Shown: piece by piece, positions 31,412-38,367 of the stretch
Position numbering within the stretch: position 1 is the stretch's first letter
Layout: each line of letters starts with the position of its first letter
IMG/VR virus record: IMGVR_UViG_3300006201_000047
Length of the DNA: 42,302 bases
From: a virus
Strand: one strand, 5' to 3'
Notes under the pieces: model-generated
What the model was told of the DNA's origin: nothing
The model's database searches: none
The model's input: only the letters and a program-made list of their open reading frames with translations
Position numbers and translations under genes: made by a program

Positions 31412-31775
31412 TAGATGGGTAGAATATAACAGCAATCCTTTAAAAAGACGTGTCGGCGACTGCGCCATTCGTGCGTGCTGCAAGGCTACAAACCGCACAT
31501 GGAATGAAGTCTTTGACGACCTTGTGCAGATTGCGTACCGTCAAAAGGATGTTTTGTCAGCAAATAAAGTATGGGGTGAATACCTGGCAGATAACGGCTA
31601 TGTTCGCTATGAGCCGGATTACCCTATGGACGTTTACAAATTTTGCTGCAACTTTCCGCATGGTACATACGTTCTTGGGCTTGACGGTCATGTAGTGACG
31701 GTGGTGGACGGGCGGTTCTATGATACTTGGGATTCGTCCGGGAAGAGTGTGATTTATTTTTGGGAGAGGGGATAG
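31404..31775 (+). CDS. Putative papain-like Cys/His enzyme (123 aa)
   Basis: NPLKRRVGDCAIRACCKA (a GDC nucleophile-like motif) and later LDGHVVTVVDGRFYDTWDS (a GH motif). This is inferred from a motif pattern seen in phage proteins. Confidence 0.4.
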   Translation: MNNRWVEYNSNPLKRRVGDCAIRACCKATNRTWNEVFDDLVQIAYRQKDVLSANKVWGEYLADNGYVRYEPDYPMDVYKFCCNFPHGTYVLGLDGHVVTVVDGRFYDTWDSSGKSVIYFWERG

Positions 31776-31778
31776 GCA

Positions 31779-32102
31779 TTGACAAGGAAAGAAGCTATAG
31801 GAGAATTTCAAGTACAGATAAGCACTCTTGAAAGCATGATTGCGTATAATAATGACTTTGAACCCAAAAGTGATAATTCAAGGCTGATAGAGAGAATGGA
31901 AGCGGCGAAAGTGGCTATATCTGCATTGGAAGAATTGGAACGCTGGCACACCGACCGTATCAATGAGAAAATCAAGAATCCGTTTGCATGGACTTCTACC
32001 TCTATTTGCCACAACTGCGACCATAAAGACGAATACATAGAGGAATTGGAAACAGAGATTCAAGAGTTGAAACAGAAATATGAGATTGCAACCACTCCCT
32101 AA
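31779..32102 (+). CDS. Hypothetical coiled-coil protein (107 aa, TTG start)
   Basis: An ORF with a CHNCDH motif and a C-terminal coiled coil. Confidence 0.5.
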   Translation: MTRKEAIGEFQVQISTLESMIAYNNDFEPKSDNSRLIERMEAAKVAISALEELERWHTDRINEKIKNPFAWTSTSICHNCDHKDEYIEELETEIQELKQKYEIATTP

Positions 32103-32142
32103 AATTGCTATAATGAGGGAAATACAGAGCGGAGGTTTGGGA

Positions 32143-32292
32143 ATGGAAATGCCAGTAATAATAGGCTCATTGGTGATACTTGGTGAAATATCAATTTTGG
32201 CTTTTATGCTGATGAAAGAGTGGTTTCTTCCGTTTGTCGGTCAATGTGTTTGTGATTTTTGTGGAAAGGTTAAGGGAAGATATGGAAAATAG
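32143..32292 (+). CDS. Small membrane protein (49 aa)
   Basis: MEMPVIIGSLVILGEISILAFMLM is TM-like, followed by a CVCDFC motif. Confidence 0.45.
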   Translation: MEMPVIIGSLVILGEISILAFMLMKEWFLPFVGQCVCDFCGKVKGRYGK

Positions 32293-32548
32293 GGATAATG
32301 TGAAGGAAAAAGAAAACGGCGCAACCGATGTATTGGGCGCACTGGTTAAGCAGCTTAAAACAATGTGGATAGTGATTGTTCTTTTAATTATTCTGCTTGT
32401 CGGAACAAATATGGCTTGGTTGTATGTGTTCCAGTCCTATGACTATGTATCACAGGACGGCGAGGGATATAATTATTACAACAAAGAGATTGAAGGTGAT
32501 GTGCATAATGGGACAGAAGATAAGAAGCAAGAAGAAGGGCAGAACTAG
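32282..32548 (+). CDS. Single-pass membrane protein (88 aa)
   Basis: TM helix MWIVIVLLIILLVGTNMAWLYVF followed by an acidic, Tyr-rich tail. Confidence 0.5.
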   Translation: MENRDNVKEKENGATDVLGALVKQLKTMWIVIVLLIILLVGTNMAWLYVFQSYDYVSQDGEGYNYYNKEIEGDVHNGTEDKKQEEGQN

Positions 32549-32580
32549 GGGAACTAAGAAGAAAAGAAAGTAGCGGTGGC

Positions 32581-32853
32581 ATGAGGAAGAAAAAAGAAAA
32601 GGAAGTTGAAGGATTTGTCAAATGGGAGTTGGAACTTTTTAAAAATGAGTGCAATTTCACGCCGGACGAATCCATGTTCTTTGATTTGAGGAATGAGGGC
32701 GATGGAATGAGTTTTGAAGAAATCGCCGGTCAAATGGGATATTGCATGACTAAAATCAATAAACTTTCTGAATCCGTCACCAAAAAGATTATAAAGGTAT
32801 TGCCGCTTAAAGAGGCATTTTTCAAGAAATACCGCGATAAATACGGAGAATAA
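32581..32853 (+). CDS. Sigma-70 region-4-like HTH protein (90 aa)
   Basis: MSFEEIAGQMGYCMTKINKLSESVTKKIIKVL matches the LSyeEIAe.lg.s..tVk.rl.ra.kkl pattern. Confidence 0.55.
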   Translation: MRKKKEKEVEGFVKWELELFKNECNFTPDESMFFDLRNEGDGMSFEEIAGQMGYCMTKINKLSESVTKKIIKVLPLKEAFFKKYRDKYGE

Positions 32854-32954
32854 TTGAATAAAAAACGCAACAAAAACGAGGGTTTTCCGAGTATGGGAAA
32901 CTCTCTATTTTTATGCAAAAATTTACCCATAGAAAGAAATCGGAGGGCATTCAG

Positions 32955-33476
32955 ATGGCATATTCAAATCAATACCAACCATATCAGTACCAATATGCGC
33001 CACAGGTGCAGCCGCCTATGGACAGGCTGGCGCAGTTGCAGGCGCAGCAGTATCAGCCTATGCAGCAACCAGCACAATCAAATCAATCATTGATTTATGT
33101 GCAAGGAGAGGCGGCGGCTAAAAGCTGGATTGTAGGAGCCGGGCAGTCCGTATTGCTGATGGACAGTGAGAATCCAGTGTTTTATATCAAATCTGCAGAT
33201 GCTTCTGGGATTCCGTTGCCGCTTCGGGTATTTGATTATACAGAACGCAATCAGAGTATGCCGCAGAACGCACCACAATCCGTAAATCCGGCTCAAATAG
33301 ATTTAGATAGACAATATGTCACAAGAGCGGAATATGACGACTTGCAGGGAAAATATGCGGAGATTTTGGACAGACTGAATAACTTTCCTGTCAATATTTC
33401 AACTGGCGATGATACCAAGAGAACAACGGCAGGAACAAGCAAGCCAAGAAATAAGGGAGGGAATGCTAATGAGTAG
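32955..33476 (+). CDS. Gln/Pro/Tyr-rich N-terminus plus conserved-looking core protein (173 aa)
   Basis: MAYSNQYQPYQYQYAPQVQPP...QQYQPMQQPAQSNQ, followed by VQGEAAAKSWIVGAGQSVLLMDSENPVFYIKSADASGIP. Confidence 0.6.
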   Translation: MAYSNQYQPYQYQYAPQVQPPMDRLAQLQAQQYQPMQQPAQSNQSLIYVQGEAAAKSWIVGAGQSVLLMDSENPVFYIKSADASGIPLPLRVFDYTERNQSMPQNAPQSVNPAQIDLDRQYVTRAEYDDLQGKYAEILDRLNNFPVNISTGDDTKRTTAGTSKPRNKGGNANE

Positions 33477-33681
33477 TCCGGTTTTCGGAGCAATGGGCGG
33501 TCGGGGCGGCGGAAATATGATGCAGCAGTTCCAACGCTTTATGCAGGAAATGAAAGGGAAGAACCCACAGGAGGAAATAAATAAGCTGCTCCAATCTGGA
33601 AAAGTAAGTCAGCAGCAACTTAATCAAGTACAACAGCAAGCCCAGCAGATGCAGGGGATGTTTAAAGGATTTTTTAAGTAG
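33469..33681 (+). CDS. Gln/Met-rich small protein (70 aa)
   Basis: MSSPVFGAMGGRGGGNMMQQFQRFMQEMKGKNPQEE...QQQLNQVQQQAQQMQGMF. RBS AAGGGAGGG is present. Confidence 0.55.
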   Translation: MSSPVFGAMGGRGGGNMMQQFQRFMQEMKGKNPQEEINKLLQSGKVSQQQLNQVQQQAQQMQGMFKGFFK

Positions 33682-33730
33682 ATACATAACTTTGCGCAAA
33701 GTTTGTAAATAAATTTCAAGGAGTAAAAAC

Positions 33731-34528
33731 ATGATGGAATCAGGAGTACCAATTACGATGAACGTAGAGCCTAGTGGCTGTAATAACAATAACGGCGGCT
33801 TCGGCGGAGATTGGGGCGCATGGATTATCCTTTTCCTTATCTTTGGTATGTTCGGCTGGGGCGGTTTCGGCGGCTTTGGTGGAGGATTCGGCGGAAATTC
33901 CGCAGGATTACAGGGAGCTTTAACCCGCGCGGATATCAATGAAGGATTTGCCCTTAATAACTTGCAGAGCGGTATCAATGCCATTCAGCAGGGCATCTGT
34001 GACAGCACCTATGCACTCACAAACGCCGTAAACAGCGGCTTCAACAGCACGCAGATGGGAATGATGCAGGGATTTAACGGTGTTGAGCGTGGATTTTGCA
34101 ACCTGTCCAGTCAGATTTCCGATTGTTGCTGCCAGACGCAGCGCGCGATTGACGGCGTGAACTACAACATGGCGAAGAACACATGTGATTTACAAAATAC
34201 CATGAATGTAAACACACGCGACATTATCGACAGCCAGAACGCAGGCACAAGGGCAATCCTCGACTATCTGTGCCAGGAGAAGATTTCTGACTTACAGGCA
34301 GAGAACCAGACGCTGAAACTGGCAGCATCCCAGGCGAACCAGAACGCAACACTTATGGCAGCCATGGACGCTAACACGGCGCAGATTATCCGCAGAACCG
34401 GCAACGACTGCCCTATTCCGGCATATGTCGTACAGCCCCCGGCGCAGGTATCTTTCCCGACAAATTGTTGCGGACAGTTCAACGGCGGCGGTTGGGGCGG
34501 TAACTGCAATCAGTGTGGCAACTGCTAA
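33731..34528 (+). CDS. Gly/Cys/Asn-rich membrane-anchored protein (265 aa), YjcZ-like N-terminal segment
   Basis: GGFGGDWGAWIILFLIFGMFGWGGFGGFGGGFGG near the N-terminus, a CCC triplet, and the C-terminus NCCGQFNGGGWGGNCNQCGNC. Confidence 0.65.
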   Translation: MMESGVPITMNVEPSGCNNNNGGFGGDWGAWIILFLIFGMFGWGGFGGFGGGFGGNSAGLQGALTRADINEGFALNNLQSGINAIQQGICDSTYALTNAVNSGFNSTQMGMMQGFNGVERGFCNLSSQISDCCCQTQRAIDGVNYNMAKNTCDLQNTMNVNTRDIIDSQNAGTRAILDYLCQEKISDLQAENQTLKLAASQANQNATLMAAMDANTAQIIRRTGNDCPIPAYVVQPPAQVSFPTNCCGQFNGGGWGGNCNQCGNC

Positions 34529-34599
34529 AAACTGAAAAATGAGTATCTTTTCCGTGAAACATCGGAAATGTTCGGCATGAGCCGTTATTACAACGTGGG

Positions 34600-34626
34600 A
34601 GGGCAGAACATTGATTCTGTCCTTTT
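34600..34626 (+). terminator. Hairpin plus T4 after the Gly/Cys-rich gene
   Basis: AGGGCAG / CTGTCCT (one G-U pair) with a 10-nt loop, followed by TTTT. Confidence 0.45.
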
Positions 34627-34645
34627 GCGATTAACTGGACATTGA

Positions 34646-34665
34646 CAACTGAATATAGCTGATAG
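34646..34665. repeat. Left inverted repeat flanking the methyltransferase-like cassette
   Basis: CAACTGAATATAGCTGATAG. Its reverse complement recurs at 35343-35361 with one 1-nt indel. Confidence 0.85.
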
Positions 34666-34666
34666 A

Positions 34667-34700
34667 ATGGTACAAATCACACCTTGAAATATGAGATAAT
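34667..34700 (+). promoter_or_regulatory. Copy of the phage-specific promoter motif (ATGGTACAAA-N17-aGATAAT)
   Basis: Matches the other copies in spacing. It is the most divergent copy. Confidence 0.5.
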
Positions 34701-34734
34701 ATGTGTATGAAAGCAAAGAGAGGATAGGTGTGGA

Positions 34735-35331
34735 ATGAGAGTTTTAGTTGCTTGTGAGGAAAGTCAAGCTGTAACAATAGAATTGCGGAGATTGGGGCAT
34801 GAAGCGTATTCGTGCGACATTGAGGAATGTTCCGGCGGACACCCGGAATGGCATTTACAGCAGGACGTGACACAGCTTTTGAAAATGAAATGGGATATGA
34901 TTATAGCATTCCCACCATGTACATATCTTTCCAATGCAGGAGCGAAGCATTTATGGAAAGACCATGTTTTGAATGAAGAACGGTACATGAAAGGACTTGA
35001 AGCAAAGAAATTCTTTATGCAGTTTCTCAATGCGGATTGTCCGAGGATTGCGGTAGAAAATCCCGTATCAAGCCGGATATTCGGTATGCCGCCGCACACG
35101 CAGGAAATACAGCCTTACCAATTTGGACACCCGGTACAGAAAAAGACACGCTTATGGCTGCGTGGATTGCCGAAGTTGATACCGACAAATGAGGTTGATT
35201 ATAAATGCAACTGTCACGAAGCAGGAACATGGTTTATGAAAGGCGGCAAAGATAGGCAGAAAAACAGAGCAAAGACATTTCCGGGAGTTGCTAAGGCAAT
35301 GGCGGAACAATGGGGAGGAAAAACAGAATAA
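34735..35331 (+). CDS. C5-cytosine-methyltransferase-like protein lacking a canonical motif I (198 aa)
   Basis: IAFPPCTYLS looks like motif IV (PC) and IAVENPVSS like motif VI (ENV). The N-terminus MRVLVACEESQ replaces FxGxG. The protein is far shorter than a complete Dcm-type enzyme. Confidence 0.55.
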   Translation: MRVLVACEESQAVTIELRRLGHEAYSCDIEECSGGHPEWHLQQDVTQLLKMKWDMIIAFPPCTYLSNAGAKHLWKDHVLNEERYMKGLEAKKFFMQFLNADCPRIAVENPVSSRIFGMPPHTQEIQPYQFGHPVQKKTRLWLRGLPKLIPTNEVDYKCNCHEAGTWFMKGGKDRQKNRAKTFPGVAKAMAEQWGGKTE

Positions 35332-35342
35332 GACCATTAAAA

Positions 35343-35361
35343 CTATCAGCTATATCAGTTG
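35343..35361. repeat. Right inverted repeat flanking the methyltransferase-like cassette (overlaps an AT-rich terminator-like hairpin plus T-run)
   Basis: CTATCAGCTATATCAGTTG is the reverse complement of 34646-34665 minus one A. Confidence 0.85.
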
Positions 35362-35388
35362 GTAGTTTTTTATTTGGAGGAAAATAAC

Positions 35389-35811
35389 ATGGCAGAATAT
35401 ACTGGAATTGCCTTGCAGACCGTAGAAGCAGGGCAGAATGTTGTATTAACCGAAACCCCCGTGTGCGGTTCAAACTGCATACAGCACAGGGAGGGGAGCG
35501 GCATTGTAAAATTGAGAGGACTTACCAATAACTGCAAGGCAAGATTTCTTGTCAGCTTTTCGGGAAATATCCAGATTCCGACAGGCGGCACGGTTGAAGC
35601 TATCTCCGTAGCGATTGCGGTTGACGGAGAGCCTTTGCAGTCCACCAGAATGATTGTAACCCCGTCGGCGGTTGAGAACTTCTTTAATGTGTCCGCACAG
35701 GCTTACATAGACGTGCCGAGAGGGTGCTGTGCAACCGTGGCGGTCGAAAACACGTCCACACAGGCGATTCAGGTGCAGAACGCTAACCTGATTGCAGTAA
35801 GGGAGGGTTGA
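35389..35811 (+). CDS. BclA-C-terminal-domain-like (C1q/TNF-type jelly-roll) protein (140 aa)
   Basis: The pattern ...GQNVVLTE...GSGIVKL...ARFLVSFSGNIQIP.GGTVEAISVAIAVDGEPL...NANLIAV resembles BclA/BclB CTD proteins, from memory. RBS GGAGGA is present. Confidence 0.45.
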   Translation: MAEYTGIALQTVEAGQNVVLTETPVCGSNCIQHREGSGIVKLRGLTNNCKARFLVSFSGNIQIPTGGTVEAISVAIAVDGEPLQSTRMIVTPSAVENFFNVSAQAYIDVPRGCCATVAVENTSTQAIQVQNANLIAVREG

Positions 35812-35813
35812 TC

Positions 35814-36353
35814 ATGCATAAATTAAGAGAAAACGCAGAAAAAGAGTTAAAAGCGATTGAGGAAAAAGGCTTATCCCAGTCCAACATTGACAATGCCTAT
35901 AAGCTTGTGGAGATTGTGAAGGGCGTGGACAAAATCAACATGATGGAAGAGGGCGGCGGTTATTCCAGAGATGGGTACAGTCGTGATATGGAGGATTACA
36001 GCCGGGATAGTGGTTATGGTGGTGGTAACAGCCGTGACCGTGGGTATTCCCGTGATAACTACGACAACGGCAATTCATACCGCAGAGGACGCAACCAGCG
36101 CACCGGGGAATATATGCACCGTCCGAACCATTCCCGCCTTTCTGGAGATGATACCGACATGGACGAGTATCGTAGCCGGAAAATGGAATACTCCAACAGC
36201 CGGGATGATGGTGCGAAGAACAGAATGCTTGACGCTTTGGAAGATTTTATGTCTGGCGTGCATGGCATGATGAAACAGATGTTCAAGGATGCGGACTGTC
36301 GGGAAGAAAGGGAGATTATCCAGAACTGGGCAAGGAAAATTGCAGAGATGTAA
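35814..36353 (+). CDS. Protein with a central (Y/N)SRD-repeat low-complexity region (179 aa)
   Basis: GGGYSRDGYSRDMEDYSRDSGYGGGNSRDRGYSRDNYDNGNSYRRGRN is flanked by helical N- and C-terminal domains. Confidence 0.6.
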   Translation: MHKLRENAEKELKAIEEKGLSQSNIDNAYKLVEIVKGVDKINMMEEGGGYSRDGYSRDMEDYSRDSGYGGGNSRDRGYSRDNYDNGNSYRRGRNQRTGEYMHRPNHSRLSGDDTDMDEYRSRKMEYSNSRDDGAKNRMLDALEDFMSGVHGMMKQMFKDADCREEREIIQNWARKIAEM

Positions 36354-36363
36354 TATTGCAGAG

Positions 36364-36390
36364 GGGCGGCAGTGATGCCGCTCTTTTGCT
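36364..36390 (+). terminator. Intrinsic terminator
   Basis: GGGGCGGCA-GTGA-TGCCGCTC forms an 8-bp stem with one G-U pair, followed by TTTTGCTTT. Confidence 0.7.
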
Positions 36391-36395
36391 TTAAG

Positions 36396-36429
36396 TTGGT
36401 ACAAATAATTTATTCATTCGTGGTATGAT
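36396..36429 (+). promoter_or_regulatory. Copy of the phage-specific promoter motif (TTGGTACAAA-N17-gTATGAT)
   Basis: Matches the other copies. It lies immediately after a terminator. Confidence 0.55.
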
Positions 36430-36478
36430 AATTTCAGTAGGGGAGTTTTCCCCTGTCGGAAACCGCAAAAGGGAGGAT

Positions 36479-36790
36479 ATGGGAATGGTAAAGTTACAGT
36501 CAAAAGATGAACCGATAACAGTTTTTTATTTTAGAAATATGCAGGATTGCGAAGCATTTATGCATGTGTTTAAAGACCACTGGTGCAATGTTGAATGGAA
36601 TGAAGTGATAGAAAGACCAGATTTTCCGGAAATGAGCAGGTATCAGAGAGAGGCTTTGAACAAAGACCCGAAAGAGCGCGCAGAAAGCAATTTGTCATGG
36701 GGATTCAACCTTGATAGGAAGTTTAACAGGGGATTAAACGACAACCAAAACGCTTTTGTTTCTGCTATGATTTGGAGGATGACCGTTTAA
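36479..36790 (+). CDS. Hypothetical protein (103 aa; alternative ATG at 36485)
   Basis: RBS GGGAGG is present. No motif recognised. Confidence 0.6.
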   Translation: MGMVKLQSKDEPITVFYFRNMQDCEAFMHVFKDHWCNVEWNEVIERPDFPEMSRYQREALNKDPKERAESNLSWGFNLDRKFNRGLNDNQNAFVSAMIWRMTV

Positions 36791-36791
36791 T

Positions 36792-36825
36792 TTGGTACAA
36801 CTACCCCACCAAACTGCGGTACAAT
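36792..36825 (+). promoter_or_regulatory. Copy of the phage-specific promoter motif (TTGGTACAAC-N17-gTACAAT)
   Basis: Matches the copy at 24265 in the 10-mer and the -10. Confidence 0.6.
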
Positions 36826-36833
36826 ATAAGCAT

Positions 36834-36944
36834 AAAAGGCATTAGGAAATGGGCGCGACATAAGGTAAGACCGATATGTAGGCACTGAATATAATCAAAG
36901 ACAGGGACAAATGGGAAGCGTTTTCTGCGGTACTAATGCTTTTT
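36834..36944 (+). promoter_or_regulatory. Long structured 5' leader: a 12-bp closing stem around ~87 nt
   Basis: AAAAGGCATTAG (36834-36845) pairs with CTAATGCTTTTT (36933-36944), including one G-U pair. It lies between the promoter and the first ORF of the operon. Confidence 0.4.
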
Positions 36945-36972
36945 ATAAATGGAAATCAGGAGGGATAGGAAA

Positions 36973-37158
36973 ATGGAATCGGTAAGAGGTATATTTTGTT
37001 TGAACAGTAAATGCAAAAATTATTATGAAGATAATTGCATGAAAATTTTTGAAGATAATACAGTACATATTTCGGAAGATGGAAGATGTGAAGATTTTGA
37101 AAAGGGAAAATACATAGGTTACAGTGACAGTCCTGAACCGATAGGAGAACAGCCATGA
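36973..37158 (+). CDS. Small Cys-rich protein (61 aa)
   Basis: CLNSKCKNYYEDNC...DGRCEDF. RBS AGGAGGG is present. Confidence 0.55.
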   Translation: MESVRGIFCLNSKCKNYYEDNCMKIFEDNTVHISEDGRCEDFEKGKYIGYSDSPEPIGEQP

Positions 37159-37316
37159 CACAATACCAATGGGTACTCTGCCCCATCTGCGGAGGAAAAA
37201 CCAGGACGAAAATCAGACCGGACACGGAGGCGAAAAATCTCATTGTGTTCTGCCCGAAGTGCAAGAGGGAAACGGTTATAGATATTAAAGAGGGCAAGAC
37301 AGAAAATATAAAATAA
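37155..37316 (+). CDS. Cys-rich KTR-type zinc-ribbon protein (53 aa; below the track cutoff)
   Basis: Hand translation: MTQYQWVLCPICGGKTRTKIRPDTEAKNLIVFCPKCKRETVIDIKEGKTENIK. The CPxCGxKTR...FCPKCK pattern matches PF14205. Confidence 0.6.
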   Translation: MTQYQWVLCPICGGKTRTKIRPDTEAKNLIVFCPKCKRETVIDIKEGKTENIK

Positions 37317-37340
37317 ATAAAATTTGTGGAGGGAATTTGC

Positions 37341-38099
37341 ATGAACAAAACAAAGATTGACTGGTGTGATTCAACATGGAATCCGGTTACTGGGTGTAAT
37401 CATGGGTGTGAATACTGCTATGCAAGAGGTATAGCGCACAGATTCGGATTTCACGCAAGCGAACCGGATATTAACGAAAGAGTATTACTTGAATGTCCGG
37501 TAAGCGCAGGAAAGAAAGTTCCATATCCATTTGACTTTCATCCGACATTCCATAAATACCGCTTGAATGATTATATCGGAAAACAAGGAAGGAACATTTT
37601 TGTCTGCTCTATGGCTGATTTGTTCGGGAAGTGGGTGCCAGACAGTTGGATTGAGGAAGTGTTTAGGTCTTGCGAAAAAGCACCACATCACAATTATTTG
37701 TTTCTGACAAAGAATCAGCAAAGATATATTGAACTGTCAGAAAAAGGATTGTTGCCAAATAAACATTGGTATGGTTACTCTGTAACAAAGCAATCTGATT
37801 TATGGGAATTTCATCATGCAGACGATTGTGCAGTGAAAAATCTGTTTGTTAGCATAGAACCTATACTAGAACCAATAAGCCCCGGATTTTGTTCGCATTG
37901 TCCGGCTGATTGGGTAATAATCGGAGCTGAAACTGGACGGAGAAAAGACAAGGTTGTTCCAAAGCGAGAATGGGTTGAAAGAATTGTGATGGAATGTGAA
38001 TATTCCGATATTCCGGTATTTATGAAATCAAGCCTTGCAGATATATGGGGCGAACCACTCATACAGGAATTTCCAAAAGAATTAATGAAAATTAAATAG
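37341..38099 (+). CDS. Phage Gp37/Gp68 family (DUF5131) protein with a CX3CX2C motif (252 aa)
   Basis: MNKTKIDWCDSTWNPVTGCNHGCEYCYARG is the characteristic N-terminus of PF07505. Confidence 0.75.
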   Translation: MNKTKIDWCDSTWNPVTGCNHGCEYCYARGIAHRFGFHASEPDINERVLLECPVSAGKKVPYPFDFHPTFHKYRLNDYIGKQGRNIFVCSMADLFGKWVPDSWIEEVFRSCEKAPHHNYLFLTKNQQRYIELSEKGLLPNKHWYGYSVTKQSDLWEFHHADDCAVKNLFVSIEPILEPISPGFCSHCPADWVIIGAETGRRKDKVVPKREWVERIVMECEYSDIPVFMKSSLADIWGEPLIQEFPKELMKIK

Positions 38100-38124
38100 T
38101 TTAGTGTCAGTAACAAAGTTTCAG

Positions 38125-38168
38125 TGCCAGTAGATACGAGAAATCGTGTTTGCTGGCATTTTTATTTT
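38125..38168 (+). terminator. Intrinsic terminator after the Gp37/Gp68 gene
   Basis: Outer stem TGCCAG / CTGGCA with inner hairpin ACGA-GAAA-TCGT, followed by TTTTTATTTT. Confidence 0.7.
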
Positions 38169-38214
38169 GACATTATCTAATATTTGATAGATTTCCTAAC
38201 CCTCCTAAGAGGGT

Positions 38215-38265
38215 GCATCCGTCAGTAATGGTGCTGTAAAGGCGGTTCGATTCCGCACAGGTGCA
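38215..38265 (+). ncRNA. Truncated tRNA-like element (acceptor stem plus T-arm, no complete D or anticodon arms)
   Basis: GCATCCG pairs with CAGGTGC (6 of 7 positions). The T-arm is GGCGG-TTCGATT-CCGCA, with T at position 8. Only ~18 nt lie where the D and anticodon arms should be. Confidence 0.4.
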
Positions 38266-38367
38266 TTTGCGCTTGTGGTTATGCTTTCTGCTTGCAGGTG
38301 GTCTATGGCGCAGGTGCAACATTTCCCTTATCCTAGCGTCTGCCCCTTGTGGGTGGGCGCACTCCCT

